In this document: in pieces, positions 34,020 through 43,442 of the stretch
Position numbering within the stretch: position 1 is the first letter of the stretch
How the letters are laid out: the number at the start of each line of letters is the position of its first letter
Source of the DNA: a virus
Strand: one strand, 5' to 3'
DNA length: 43,478 nucleotides
Virus genome (UHGV): UHGV-0111942
Notes under the pieces: generated by a model
The model's input: the letters and a program-made list of their open reading frames with translations, nothing else
What the model was told of the DNA's origin: nothing
Database searches by the model: none
Made by a program: the position numbers and the translations under genes

Positions 34020-34694
34020 TCATAAATCAAGCGCTTTGCGATAGGTGTCGAGCAGGTACTCCTGTTCGTCGCGGTCGGCGGCATTCATCTTGCGCAATTT
34101 TAAAATCTCCCGCATAATCTTGACGTCGAAGCCGGCCGATTTGGCTTCGGCAAATATGTCGCGAATATCACCCGAGAGGGCTTTCTTCTCTTCTTCCAGG
34201 CGTTCAATGCGTTCGATCAGCGAACGCAGCCTGTCGACAGCAATGCCGCCGACATTGTTTTTTTCGTCAGCTTCTTTTACAATATCCATAACCGGCTCCT
34301 TTTCACTTCCCCGCAATTGCACAACGTTTCCAAGCACACTGCTAAACTTGTTTGTGTCAACCACAATCCGATCCAGCTCATCCGACGGCATATTTTTAAG
34401 CTTTTCGGTAACCACTACAGACAATTCCCGGCGTCGGTCTTCCTCCGTCTCTTTTTGTCCGATACGGATATAATCTGCCGCCTCAAAAGCAAACGGCTCA
34501 AGCCCGATATTCCTCAACATCCCGTTCTTCATTTGCTGAATATGAATCAGGTCGTTAATAAAAATATGCCCTTTGACCATTGCCTCATAAACCGCATCCC
34601 GGTCAATCTCGGCATCCGCCGACATTCTCTCAACATTTTCCCGCAACGCCCGCTTCTCGTCAGCCGTCATATAAGCAACCGCACCCAGCATCAC
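34020..34694 (-). CDS. gapR: GapR/DUF2312 nucleoid-associated protein with N-terminal extension
   Basis: LRSLIERIERLEEEKK...DIFAEAKSAGFDVKIMREILKLRK...EYLLDTY. Confidence 0.9.
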   Translation of the reverse strand: MMLGAVAYMTADEKRALRENVERMSADAEIDRDAVYEAMVKGHIFINDLIHIQQMKNGMLRNIGLEPFAFEAADYIRIGQKETEEDRRRELSVVVTEKLKNMPSDELDRIVVDTNKFSSVLGNVVQLRGSEKEPVMDIVKEADEKNNVGGIAVDRLRSLIERIERLEEEKKALSGDIRDIFAEAKSAGFDVKIMREILKLRKMNAADRDEQEYLLDTYRKALDL

Positions 34695-35092
34695 TAAAAC
34701 CTCTTTTTCAGGAGATTTTTAAAAATATGTTTATATTTTAAGCTCCATAACCACCGCCGCCAATATATTAACGGCCTACCGGAACCCCGAATCACGGCAG
34801 AAGCAAGCACTTTCATATCTTCACAGACTTTTTCATCCAAGCTCCAGCATGTCTCCCCCATAAAATCAACCCTATCTTTACCGATATAGAAACCAACAGC
34901 ATTATCCTCATAATAAAAAGTTTCTTTCTCTAAGCCTTCTCTAAGATAGGAAACCTGAGAACGTCTTTTCTCGATTTTCAACAGCGGAATTGCTCGCCGC
35001 ACTTTCTCAAGAAATTTTCTTTCTTTTTCCTTATAATCCATAACGGCTTCTTCTAAATATTTTTCATTTTCCGATAACCATTCCAATCTCAT
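34694..35092 (-). CDS. Hypothetical protein
   Basis: 132-aa ORF with an AAGGAG RBS. Confidence 0.65.
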   Translation of the reverse strand: MRLEWLSENEKYLEEAVMDYKEKERKFLEKVRRAIPLLKIEKRRSQVSYLREGLEKETFYYEDNAVGFYIGKDRVDFMGETCWSLDEKVCEDMKVLASAVIRGSGRPLIYWRRWLWSLKYKHIFKNLLKKRF

Positions 35093-35250
35093 AGTATCTT
35101 TTCTCCTTTAGACAAAATCACCGCAACAAGGATCATCCAAAACATGTTGCTTAAAAAAGAAAACCACATCCACCGGTTTGCCCGACGAATACCGGAGTGC
35201 ACTGCCCGCTGCCAATATTTCAAAGCCTGGCACCAGCCGTCGGTTGCCAT
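35089..35250 (-). CDS. Small membrane protein (53 aa)
   Basis: Manual translation MATDGWC...FWMILVAVILSKGEKIL; ATGA coupling. Confidence 0.4.
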   Translation of the reverse strand: MATDGWCQALKYWQRAVHSGIRRANRWMWFSFLSNMFWMILVAVILSKGEKIL

Positions 35251-35251
35251 C

Positions 35252-35371
35252 TCACAACTGTTCTTTAATAAAACAATAAGCGTTTTTTTCTCTTTCCAAT
35301 TGTTCCCAAAGCTCCGCCAACTGCCGCTTTAATTCTGATTTTTTGTTTTTCTTCCTGGCCTTCCTGCTCAT
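35252..35371 (-). CDS. Small basic protein (39 aa)
   Basis: Manual translation MSRKARKKNKKSELKRQLAELWEQLE... Confidence 0.4.
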   Translation of the reverse strand: MSRKARKKNKKSELKRQLAELWEQLEREKNAYCFIKEQL

Positions 35372-35435
35372 TTTCTTTAACCCTTGAAAAAATTATAAAA
35401 ACAAAAATGACGGCGGCACTGCCACTGTCACGCCG

Positions 35436-35645
35436 TTAATCATTGCCATCGCCGCTGTCTTCAAAACAAAAGTCATCGGCAGTTACCATTCCTCCGGTAA
35501 TATTGATAATTTTTCGCATATTTTTTCTGGTCGGCATTCCCCGACCATTGATGTAATAGCTTATAATGCCTTGCGTAACGCCTATTTTTTTTGCAAAATC
35601 GGCTTGCGACATTTTCTTTTCCTTCAAATATTCGCATAATTTCAT
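35436..35645 (-). CDS. cro: Cro-like HTH repressor
   Basis: MSQADFAKKIGVTQGIISYYING...GGMVTADDF; divergent from the CI-like gene. Confidence 0.85.
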   Translation of the reverse strand: MKLCEYLKEKKMSQADFAKKIGVTQGIISYYINGRGMPTRKNMRKIINITGGMVTADDFCFEDSGDGND

Positions 35646-35659
35646 TTATTTTTACCTCC

Positions 35660-35760
35660 TTTTCTTAATATAAAAAAATTTGATATAAAATCAAGTAAAA
35701 AAATAAAAATTATTTATATTATTTTTATTTGCTTTTTATTAGTTTTTTTAATAAAATAAA
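35660..35760. promoter_or_regulatory. Immunity switch with AT-rich operator candidates
   Basis: ATATAAAAAWWTTTKATAT-like elements at ~35667 and ~35701, repeated at ~36291 and ~36365. Confidence 0.55.
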
Positions 35761-35763
35761 GAT

Positions 35764-36030
35764 ATGAAAAACAGAGTAAGAGAAATGCGCCTGGAGAAAG
35801 GCCTGTCACAAAAAGAACTGGCAAACCGCTTAGGCTATGTCCAGCCTACGATTGCGGCTATTGAACGGGGACAAACAGCTCTCAACATAAAACAGATGGC
35901 CGAAATATCCAAAGCACTTGACTGTGAACCTTACGAACTGCTGCCGCTTGAGTGGCAACCGCAACCGTTGACAGAAGAGGAAAAGCAATTGCTCGCTCTT
36001 TTCCGTAAAAAAACTGGCAATAACGAATAA
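35764..36030 (+). CDS. CI-like XRE repressor (no S24 peptidase domain)
   Basis: GLSQKELANRLGYVQPTIAAIERG HTH; only 88 aa. Confidence 0.85.
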   Translation: MKNRVREMRLEKGLSQKELANRLGYVQPTIAAIERGQTALNIKQMAEISKALDCEPYELLPLEWQPQPLTEEEKQLLALFRKKTGNNE

Positions 36031-36099
36031 CAGAACATTCTTCACTACATTATTGCTTCCGTAAAATCCTAATTAACTAAAATCAGGAAAGGAAGCAAT

Positions 36100-36246
36100 A
36101 TGACTGATGCTGACAAAAAAATTTTAATAGAAATAGTTAAACAAACCATTTTTGAAATCTTTGATGAAGAAACTATCGCACAAATAGACCTCTGCCTTCG
36201 TCGCATAATTGCCGATGAATTGGATAAGCGGCAAGAAAACAAATAG
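36100..36246 (+). CDS. 48-aa hypothetical protein co-transcribed with the repressor
   Basis: MTDADKKILIEIVKQTIFEIF...; AAAGGA RBS; followed by a terminator at ~36254-36287. Confidence 0.55.
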   Translation: MTDADKKILIEIVKQTIFEIFDEETIAQIDLCLRRIIADELDKRQENK

Positions 36247-36406
36247 TTTGTTAAAAAAATACTGCTTTTTCGCAGTATTTTTTTTTGCGCTATAAAAAAA
36301 TTTTTTATATTTTTTCTCCTTAAAAAATAAATTTATAGATTTTTTTTATATTTTGTCTTGACGAAATATAAAAATTTTTGATATTATGCTTTCAGGAGGT
36401 AGAATC

Positions 36407-36553
36407 ATGAAAAAATATATCAGCAACGAGATTCTTGATCATTTCGACGCCACTTACCAAAAGCCGGCGCCGTCGCTTTCCGCGGCGGACATTACCGCAG
36501 CAGCCGTTCTCGGGATTGTCCTGGCTCTCGTTTTTCTGGGGAGTCTGTTATGA
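36407..36553 (+). CDS. 48-aa C-terminally anchored membrane protein, first gene of the early plus-strand operon
   Basis: AGGAGGT RBS; upstream TTGACG..TATTAT promoter. Confidence 0.65.
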   Translation: MKKYISNEILDHFDATYQKPAPSLSAADITAAAVLGIVLALVFLGSLL

Positions 36554-36774
36554 TCTGGCATCCTTATCCTGAGTTTAAGCCGCTTAAAAACGAACGCTAT
36601 ATTGATTTTGCGGTGCTTTATCCTAACCCGCATTATAACGGCCGCGAAGACTGTCCCCGTTATATTCCCGACCTCATGAACTGGGACGGCGAGAAATTCT
36701 TCTGCGTAAACGAAAAACATCGTCCCCGTTACTGGTGCCGGCTGCCGAAAATTCCCGGATCGGGAGAAGAATGA
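36550..36774 (+). CDS. DUF551-like small protein
   Basis: MIWHPYPE..P ... YWCRLP pattern. Confidence 0.6.
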   Translation: MIWHPYPEFKPLKNERYIDFAVLYPNPHYNGREDCPRYIPDLMNWDGEKFFCVNEKHRPRYWCRLPKIPGSGEE

Positions 36775-36947
36775 TGGAAACAAAAATCTGTTCGACTTGC
36801 GGTAAAACTCTGCCGCTTACACAGTTTAATCGCGACAAGAAAGCAAAAGACGGCCTAACTCACAATTGCCGTGAGTGTCGTAGAATTGCCGCCCGCAATT
36901 ACCGCGCAAAAATAAAAACACCAAAGGCAGTAAACAATGTTCAATAA
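36771..36947 (+). CDS. Small Zn-ribbon protein
   Basis: CSTCGKTLP..F....DGL...CREC. Confidence 0.7.
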   Translation: MMETKICSTCGKTLPLTQFNRDKKAKDGLTHNCRECRRIAARNYRAKIKTPKAVNNVQ

Positions 36948-37218
36948 ATACCAAATCGGCGCAAAAGACAAACATAAAAAAATCGAAAATCTGATCAACT
37001 GCGCAGAAAGAGAAATCGAACTCCGGCGACGCGTTTATCCCAAACTGGTTATTCAAGGCAAAAAGACAGAAGGCGCTGCCAGATATGAAATCCAGTGCAT
37101 GAAAGAAATTTTAATTATTCTGCACCTGGTCAACCGGCTGAATTTTCTTGATCAGCCAACCACAAAAACCGAACGGATGATTTTTGAAAACACTCATCCG
37201 GATATGAAAAACGAATAA
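36937..37218 (+). CDS. Conserved phage hypothetical protein
   Basis: CAEREIELRRRVYP...G.....A..EI..M motif. Confidence 0.7.
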   Translation: MFNKYQIGAKDKHKKIENLINCAEREIELRRRVYPKLVIQGKKTEGAARYEIQCMKEILIILHLVNRLNFLDQPTTKTERMIFENTHPDMKNE

Positions 37219-37243
37219 TTTAACTGAAAATAAGGAGAATAAC

Positions 37244-38214
37244 ATGTCTGAAGAAAATGAAAGAAAAGAAATAGAAGCCGCGGTTGACAACGCTCTCTAT
37301 AAACTCAACGAGTTAAGAGGAAATATTAAAGCCTTCTTTTCTCCGGCATTGGCGGCTTTGCCTTAGGCTTAAAGCAAGCCGGTATTGAATTTGAAAACCA
37401 TTGGTTTTCCGAAATCGATAAGCACACAATTAACATTTATAAAAAACACTTTCCAAATGCGAAGGAATTAGGAGATGTTAAAACAATCAGAGATGTTTCT
37501 GGCATCAAAGCCGATCTCATCACCTTCGGATTTCCTTGTCAGGATTTGTCAACTGCTGGCAAACGAAGAGGTCTTGAAGGCTCAAGAAGCCGTCTGTTCT
37601 ATGAAGCGATCCGGATCATTCGTGAACTGTCCCCCCGTTATTTTATCTTTGAAAACGTCAAAGGTCTGCTTACAAGTAACAGAGGAATGGACTTTGTCAG
37701 ATGTTTGCGGGAAATTGCCGACATTGGGCTATATGACTGCGAATGGCAGCTTGTTAATACTGCCTGGTTTTTACCCCAAAAACGAGAGCGGATATATTTT
37801 ATCGGACATTCTGGAAGATACTCCGGACAACAAATATTTCCTCTCAAAATCACAACGCCAAAAAATTATAAATTTATTGAAAAAAAGAAAAGAACTTTAG
37901 TATGGAGAGCAATTATTGACATTACTTCTGCAAATAAAAACCAAAATGGCGGAATGATTGATGAAAATTTAGCGTTCACTCTAACCACACGCAAAAGTCA
38001 AGGTGTTTTTGATGGGGAAAACATACGTTTTTTAACACCTCTGGAGAAAGAGCGGCTTCAGGGCTTCCCGGACGGTTGGAGCGAATTTGGCTACGATGGC
38101 TTTAAAATACCAGAAACTTTTCGCCACAAAGCTCTGGGAAACGCTGTCAGCGTCCCAATACCGCAATATATCGGAAGCAAAATTTTAGAAATTGAAAGGA
38201 AAACAAACAAATGA
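37244..38214 (+). pseudogene. C5-cytosine DNA methyltransferase with a frame disruption at motif I
   Basis: LFSGIGG, GFPCQD, ENVKG, Q.RER, RLQGFP and GNAV share one frame from 37330, preceded by TAA (37327). The only strong RBS/ATG (37244) is in another frame. Confidence 0.75.
37475..37900 (+). CDS. Nested alternative-frame protein resembling the M.EcoHK31I beta polypeptide
   Basis: SLKTS..C...GYILSDILED.PDNKYFLS...KII; entirely inside the MTase gene; AAGGA RBS. Confidence 0.65.
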   Translation: MLKQSEMFLASKPISSPSDFLVRICQLLANEEVLKAQEAVCSMKRSGSFVNCPPVILSLKTSKVCLQVTEEWTLSDVCGKLPTLGYMTANGSLLILPGFYPKNESGYILSDILEDTPDNKYFLSKSQRQKIINLLKKRKEL

Positions 38215-38939
38215 CAAAAACAGAAACCAATCAAATCAAAGAGCTTTTTGACAACGCCGTCGCTGTTGCTTTTGAAAATACGGATATTCAAAGAACCATC
38301 TACGATACCATTCAAAAGACGATATCAACAGCCGTCGCCAATGCCGTGGACTGTTACGAGATCCGCCGCGCCGTCGAACAAAAGATAAAAGACACTGTTA
38401 ACATTCAGAATCTGGATTTTGGCAATTACGGCAAATTCGTTGAAAACGTATTCAAAAAGGCCGTCAAAGACTTCGAGCTGGAGCAGCTCGACCAGCGTTT
38501 AACCCAAATTGCCCGGGAAATTTTGGGCGCCCCAGACAAGAAAGAATATAATTTGTGGGAAGACATATTGCGCCCGATGATAGCTGAGGCAGCAGACGAA
38601 GAAGAAGACGATATTGAAGAATACGACTACAGCGCATACGCTTCTTATAGACGTAGTCATACCGATTTTGGCGGAGAATGGATCTATATCACAATCAAAG
38701 AAAACAAATACAGCTCTTACGAGAAAGGCAAAATTACGATCTATCACGATCAGGAAAAAAATAAATGGGAGCTTATAAGTTGCACCTGTCCCTGCGGTTT
38801 CGAGATTTCAGACACTTATGATACTCTGACCTTCAAAAAATCTTTCAACGAATTACAAAAAAGAATGATCGACCTCGTCATGAAAGGCTGCACCCTCACT
38901 GGCGTTGACACCGCGCTTTCTTATTTGTCGGAGGAGTAA
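38211..38939 (+). CDS. Hypothetical protein
   Basis: 242-aa ORF with RBS and ATGA coupling. Confidence 0.7.
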   Translation: MTKTETNQIKELFDNAVAVAFENTDIQRTIYDTIQKTISTAVANAVDCYEIRRAVEQKIKDTVNIQNLDFGNYGKFVENVFKKAVKDFELEQLDQRLTQIAREILGAPDKKEYNLWEDILRPMIAEAADEEEDDIEEYDYSAYASYRRSHTDFGGEWIYITIKENKYSSYEKGKITIYHDQEKNKWELISCTCPCGFEISDTYDTLTFKKSFNELQKRMIDLVMKGCTLTGVDTALSYLSEE

Positions 38940-38944
38940 AGACC

Positions 38945-39484
38945 ATGACAAAAACCCCCGAAGAACTGACGAAGGAGTGGAAAGCGGGAGAGCTGGAGGA
39001 CGGATTGTATTATATCCTTCTTGAAAATGGAAAAACGCCCATATCCGAACTTGAGACTTGGTATAGAACAAACATTGAGGAATCAAAAGAATATTACGAA
39101 ACAGAGCAAGCTTTTTATGGATACTCGGATAATATGATTAGTGAAGTCCTCGCCCCCGTTCCTACCTATGACGAATACAAGGCTATGCAGGATCAAATTG
39201 CTGATGCCAGCAAAAAGGTTGAACAATTGAAGTCCAACAACAAATGGCTTGCAAATGGTCAAAGAAACTGGTGGCATCGTTGTCAAAAGTATGCCCGTGA
39301 AAACAACAATCTGCGCGACCTGCTGAGAGAGTGCAAACCTTATCTTTCTTATTTTATTAGCAATAACAAGCATGTAGGACTTACCCCTAACACTACTAAC
39401 CTTTTAACCTGTATCAACGCCGCCCTTAATGAAACACAAGCTAATCCGGCAGATAATATTAAAATACAAGAAAGTGAGGAGTGA
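38945..39484 (+). CDS. Hypothetical protein
   Basis: 179-aa ORF, GGAGGAG RBS. Confidence 0.7.
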   Translation: MTKTPEELTKEWKAGELEDGLYYILLENGKTPISELETWYRTNIEESKEYYETEQAFYGYSDNMISEVLAPVPTYDEYKAMQDQIADASKKVEQLKSNNKWLANGQRNWWHRCQKYARENNNLRDLLRECKPYLSYFISNNKHVGLTPNTTNLLTCINAALNETQANPADNIKIQESEE

Positions 39485-39618
39485 TGATTGATATCCTTAT
39501 CTTTTCAATTGCTGCTGTTTCAATTACAATTGCGAAACCGACGACGGAGAACAACGGCTGTTATCTCACGAGCAATATAAAGATTTGATGAAAGCCAGGA
39601 AATCGAAAGGAAAGAAAA

Positions 39619-40113
39619 ATGAAACTCGTTGAAATTAAAGACGTCCGCCCCGGACAAATAAGAAAAGTTACAGCTTTTAATCAATGGAAAGACGAAGAAG
39701 AATTTGAAGTTTTGGCCGTTATTGAGGCGTCTGGGCTTGGTGAATATGCAGAATTTGACACTTATGCTGAGTTTTATGATATTAAAACTAAACAGTTAAT
39801 GGAAGATGATTCTGAAGAATTGCGCTTTTATGAAAACGGCGAACTTATCGGCAAGCTAGGCATTACTCACCGCATTGAGGACGGGAAACTGGTCGAAATT
39901 CCCCATACGACAGAATTTGAGGTCGACGATATTGTTCGTCACGAAAACGGAAAAACAGGTGTGATTGTTAAAATAAACAATGTTGGTTTTGCCATAGGAT
40001 ATGAATATTCAATAAATTGTGGCAGCGAGGGTTTTAACGATACTTTTGAATATTTAACCAAAATCGGCATCCTCGGCGTCACCCATGAATTTGTAAACGA
40101 CCGGGAGGCTTGA
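39619..40113 (+). CDS. Hypothetical protein with an internal duplication
   Basis: IGKLGITH and IGILGVTH repeats. Confidence 0.7.
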   Translation: MKLVEIKDVRPGQIRKVTAFNQWKDEEEFEVLAVIEASGLGEYAEFDTYAEFYDIKTKQLMEDDSEELRFYENGELIGKLGITHRIEDGKLVEIPHTTEFEVDDIVRHENGKTGVIVKINNVGFAIGYEYSINCGSEGFNDTFEYLTKIGILGVTHEFVNDREA

Positions 40114-40114
40114 A

Positions 40115-40327
40115 ATGAGAGGTCGATCCTTAAAATGTTATAAATGCGGAAAACATCCTAAAACTTCATATAAAACCGCTATCAATCTTCAAACCGGCAA
40201 AATCATACAAGTTTGCTATATGTTTTGTGAGGACTTTGAAACAAACGGAACAGGGGTAACCAAAGATGAAGCCCAAAGGAATGCTGTTGTTAATTGGAAT
40301 AAGATGATGAAGGAGATTACAGCATGA
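40115..40327 (+). CDS. Lar-like zinc-ribbon protein
   Basis: LKCYKCG...C...A...WN. Confidence 0.6.
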   Translation: MRGRSLKCYKCGKHPKTSYKTAINLQTGKIIQVCYMFCEDFETNGTGVTKDEAQRNAVVNWNKMMKEITA

Positions 40328-40788
40328 AACCTATTTTAGATGCCTGCTGTGGTGCAAGAATGTTTTATTTTAACAAAAACAATCCAAATGTTTTTTTTAT
40401 GGACAACCGGGAAGTATCAACTTTCTTGTGCGATGGACGAAAGTTTGAAATTAAGCCGGATATAATAGGCGATTTTAAAAATATAAATTTTCCAGACGAA
40501 AGTTTCTATCTTGTTATTTTCGACCCACCGCATCTTATCAAGCTTGGAGAAAACAGTTGGCTGTCCATAAAATACGGAAAGTTACCTAAATATTGGCAAA
40601 GTGAATTAAAACAAGGTTTTAATGAATGTTGGCGCATTCTTAAAAAAGGCGGAACACTTTTGTTTAAATGGAATGAAACAGATGTACCAGTTAAAACGGT
40701 AATTGATTTATTCGAGGTTGAACCACTCCTTTTTAATAAAAGGGATAAAACACATTGGATTGTTTATTTTAAGGAGATTACGGGATGA
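40324..40788 (+). CDS. Small amino (N6-A/N4-C) DNA methyltransferase
   Basis: ILDACCG.RMFYF, FDPPHL, ECWRILK..G.L.FKWNE. Confidence 0.85.
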   Translation: MKPILDACCGARMFYFNKNNPNVFFMDNREVSTFLCDGRKFEIKPDIIGDFKNINFPDESFYLVIFDPPHLIKLGENSWLSIKYGKLPKYWQSELKQGFNECWRILKKGGTLLFKWNETDVPVKTVIDLFEVEPLLFNKRDKTHWIVYFKEITG

Positions 40789-40976
40789 TAAATGAACTTA
40801 TTGTTGGCCATACTTATACTCTTAAATCTGGGCATAAAATGAAAGTTTTAAGATATATACCACCTCGAGATGAAAACCCGTATGACCGCCCTGCTTATGA
40901 GGTAGAGGCTGGCGCTAAAACTTGGGTTTGTAGTGAAAAAATGTTGAAAAAATTAGAATATAAGGAGCAAGGCTAA
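40785..40976 (+). CDS. Hypothetical protein
   Basis: 63-aa ORF, translationally coupled. Confidence 0.55.
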   Translation: MINELIVGHTYTLKSGHKMKVLRYIPPRDENPYDRPAYEVEAGAKTWVCSEKMLKKLEYKEQG

Positions 40977-41350
40977 TGTCATATTTAGAAGAACTGCTGC
41001 CCGAGTTCAGAAAAGGGGCTAAGATTAGAAAAAAGAAATGGGGTAAAAGCGATTATCTTTATTGTAAGGATGGGATTGTCTACGATCGAAGCAATCAAAC
41101 TGTTTATAATCTTTGTACTGAAAGTCTTTCGTATGACGGTTGGGAATTTTATAAAGATCCCGAACCAGACTGGCAATACATCATCGACAACAAATGCCTT
41201 TGCTGGTTTTGGGATGAATGCGAAGAAGATAAAATCATAGGCTTTCTTCATAATATTGAGGAAAGATTAGAGCACAAATTTAATGCTGTTTTTAAAAACT
41301 GCTGCCCCGTTCAGAAAGATGAGGTAACTTTTTACGAGGACAAAAAATGA
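40976..41350 (+). CDS. DUF2829-like protein
   Basis: G.KIRKKKW....Y ... L..DGWEFY. Confidence 0.55.
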   Translation: MSYLEELLPEFRKGAKIRKKKWGKSDYLYCKDGIVYDRSNQTVYNLCTESLSYDGWEFYKDPEPDWQYIIDNKCLCWFWDECEEDKIIGFLHNIEERLEHKFNAVFKNCCPVQKDEVTFYEDKK

Positions 41351-41496
41351 TCATCCATTGTTTTAATATTTTCAATATTTGCCGGGCCATCTGCAATGAT
41401 GAGAGCTTGTCTGAGAGAAACGCAATGTATCTTATCGCCGGAATTGCCGAAATGGGAATATTTGATTTTATAATCTATAATCTTATGAGGTGAACC

Positions 41497-41700
41497 ATGG
41501 TAAACAGAAATCTTGACGGCTGTTATTTCCGTATCAGACGCGGGGAGAAATACGAAAACCTGTGCTTCTCTGACCTCACCAGCGACGAGCAGGAAGCGGT
41601 TTTGAAAGACAGACCCCCGGAGTTCATTGTCGGGCTTACCCTGCATCTTGCGGAAACCCTCCGCAAAATCGGGGACGAATTCGATTTAATCGGTAAATAA
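41497..41700 (+). CDS. Hypothetical protein
   Basis: GAGGTG RBS; RNLDG.YFRI.R.....N.CFSDL. Confidence 0.65.
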   Translation: MVNRNLDGCYFRIRRGEKYENLCFSDLTSDEQEAVLKDRPPEFIVGLTLHLAETLRKIGDEFDLIGK

Positions 41701-41735
41701 TATAATATTTTTCATATTGCCGAAAGGTTAATAAT

Positions 41736-42086
41736 ATGTTAAAAAAGATTCTTAACAAAAAAGAAGCAATGGAATATCTGAACATCGGACGCGCCAGATT
41801 AGACGCCGAGATAAAGTCCGGCCATATCCGTTTCAAAATCATTGGCAAACGTCTTATGTTCCCTTTATGGACTCTTGACGAATGGCTAAACGACACGACC
41901 AAGCATATAGACTGTACAAACGTGGAGAAACATGGCACGCGTATATATCATACATCGGAACTGACGGATCACGTACCCAGCTTAGATGCTCTTGTCGCAC
42001 AACAGAAAGAGCAAAAGCTGAACAATTCGTTATTGAAAAAATCAATAAAATTGAAAAGAAAAACCGCACTGCAACCGGCGATTTAG
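41736..42086 (+). CDS. xis: Excisionase-like HTH protein
   Basis: LNKKEAMEYLNIG...G.I....IGKR..F...LDEWL; overlaps int. Confidence 0.8.
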   Translation: MLKKILNKKEAMEYLNIGRARLDAEIKSGHIRFKIIGKRLMFPLWTLDEWLNDTTKHIDCTNVEKHGTRIYHTSELTDHVPSLDALVAQQKEQKLNNSLLKKSIKLKRKTALQPAI

Positions 42087-42940
42087 TGGAGTTATCACTT
42101 GATGAAGCCTTTGGTCTATTTTATGAAAAACATGCTCAATATTATGCGCGCCCAGACGAAACTTTACGAAAAATAAAACTGATAAGTAGCTATTTAACTG
42201 TCAAATATGTTCATCAAATAGATGAGGCAGAACTTTCAAATTTCATACAAAGACGTAGATATAGTGGCGTCAGCAATTCAACCATCAACCGCGAACTTGT
42301 TATTTTATCCTCCCTGCTTTCTCAATGCCGCTTGTGGAAATATAAAACGTCCAATGTTCGTCCAACAACGCTAAAATTAAAAGAACCGGCAGAAAACATA
42401 AAATATTTAAAGAACTGGGAAGTTGCGCAAAGAATAATCGACCTTGCTGCTCCTCACCTCAAACCCATTATATATACAGCCCTCTACACAGGATTAAGAC
42501 GTAGCAATATACTATCTCTCAAATGGGAACAGCTGGACTTTTATAACGATTTAATCAATGTGAAAGTAAAAGACCGCACGAAAACTGGCGGAAAAAATCT
42601 CACAGTTCCAATGATTGATAAGCTTAAAGATATATTACAAAGCCAGCCCAAAATTAACGAATATGTCTTTAATTATAAAGGATCGCCAATAAAAGACATC
42701 AAACACTCGTGGCACTCTATTTTCTATAACAGTGAAGGTAAACTAAGAGACAACTCTTTTCCTTATGTAAACTTTCATACTTTACGCCACACCGCGGCTA
42801 CTTGGATATTAAAAAAAACAAATAACTTGAAAATCACACAGGAAATTTTAGGTCACGCCAACATTAGTACCACCTTAAAATATGCGCATGTTATGAGCGA
42901 AGAGAAACGTAAAGCGTTGAATTCAGTTTTTGACGATTAA
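41882..42940 (+). CDS. int: Tyrosine integrase
   Basis: TGLRRS, HTLRH, LGHA..STT..Y catalytic motifs. Confidence 0.95.
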   Translation: MAKRHDQAYRLYKRGETWHAYISYIGTDGSRTQLRCSCRTTERAKAEQFVIEKINKIEKKNRTATGDLVELSLDEAFGLFYEKHAQYYARPDETLRKIKLISSYLTVKYVHQIDEAELSNFIQRRRYSGVSNSTINRELVILSSLLSQCRLWKYKTSNVRPTTLKLKEPAENIKYLKNWEVAQRIIDLAAPHLKPIIYTALYTGLRRSNILSLKWEQLDFYNDLINVKVKDRTKTGGKNLTVPMIDKLKDILQSQPKINEYVFNYKGSPIKDIKHSWHSIFYNSEGKLRDNSFPYVNFHTLRHTAATWILKKTNNLKITQEILGHANISTTLKYAHVMSEEKRKALNSVFDD

Positions 42941-43036
42941 GACTGTGGAATTTTCTATTTTTGCACAAATTTTACACAAAACAACAAAACAAAAAATAAA
43001 AATAAATAAAATCAAATAAATAAAAGAATACATAAT

Positions 43037-43085
43037 CAGCCTTCTAAGCTGTGGGTCGGGCGTTCGAATCGCCCGGAGCGCGCCA
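43037..43085 (+). tRNA. 3' half of tRNA-Arg(TCT), att core
   Basis: CAGC-CTTCTAA-GCTG anticodon arm, GGGCG-TTCGAAT-CGCCC T-arm, CCA end; no 5' half. Confidence 0.85.
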
Positions 43086-43090
43086 ATACC

Positions 43091-43116
43091 AAACCCTAGG
43101 TTTTCCTAGGGTTTTT
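43091..43116 (+). terminator. Terminator after the att core
   Basis: AAACCCTAGG-TTTT-CCTAGGGTTT plus a T-run. Confidence 0.8.
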
Positions 43117-43253
43117 ATTTTATTCAAATGATTTTTCAGAAACAATAAAATGTTAAATTGTGCAAAAAAATGCGAGTCGTTTTGATCAAAGTTGCACAAA
43201 TTTTGCACAATTAATATACAATTTCCTCTCCTGTTTCCCTTTCCCGCCTCAAA

Positions 43254-43442
43254 TCACCGCCAGTAATCATGGACCTGGTAGTCCGGCGGATTATTCAGCT
43301 TCTCTCGTACTTTTTCAAGTTTTTCCCTATACAAAGTTTCTTCGTCCCTTTTCCAGTCATAATAGTTTTGTCCTCGGTGATCATATAAACATGCCGGATC
43401 GACACGGTTGGCCATATCCGGCCGATATATCCAAACCTTCAT
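43254..43442 (-). CDS. Hypothetical last late gene
   Basis: MKVWIYRPD...; its ATG overlaps the o-spanin stop (ATGA). Confidence 0.6.
   Translation of the reverse strand: MKVWIYRPDMANRVDPACLYDHRGQNYYDWKRDEETLYREKLEKVREKLNNPPDYQVHDYWR

Larger units (their letters stand above)
42959..43210. mobile_element. attP region: tRNA core flanked by integrase arm-type repeats
   Basis: TTGCACAA-type repeats at ~42961 and ~42971, inverted at 43158, and at 43192 and 43203. Confidence 0.7.

Noticed and set aside
37244..40788. Restriction-modification system
   Set aside because: No endonuclease recognised beside either methyltransferase; they look like orphan phage enzymes.
43037..43085. Complete tRNA gene
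   Set aside because: The 5' acceptor strand and D-arm are absent; this is only the att core.
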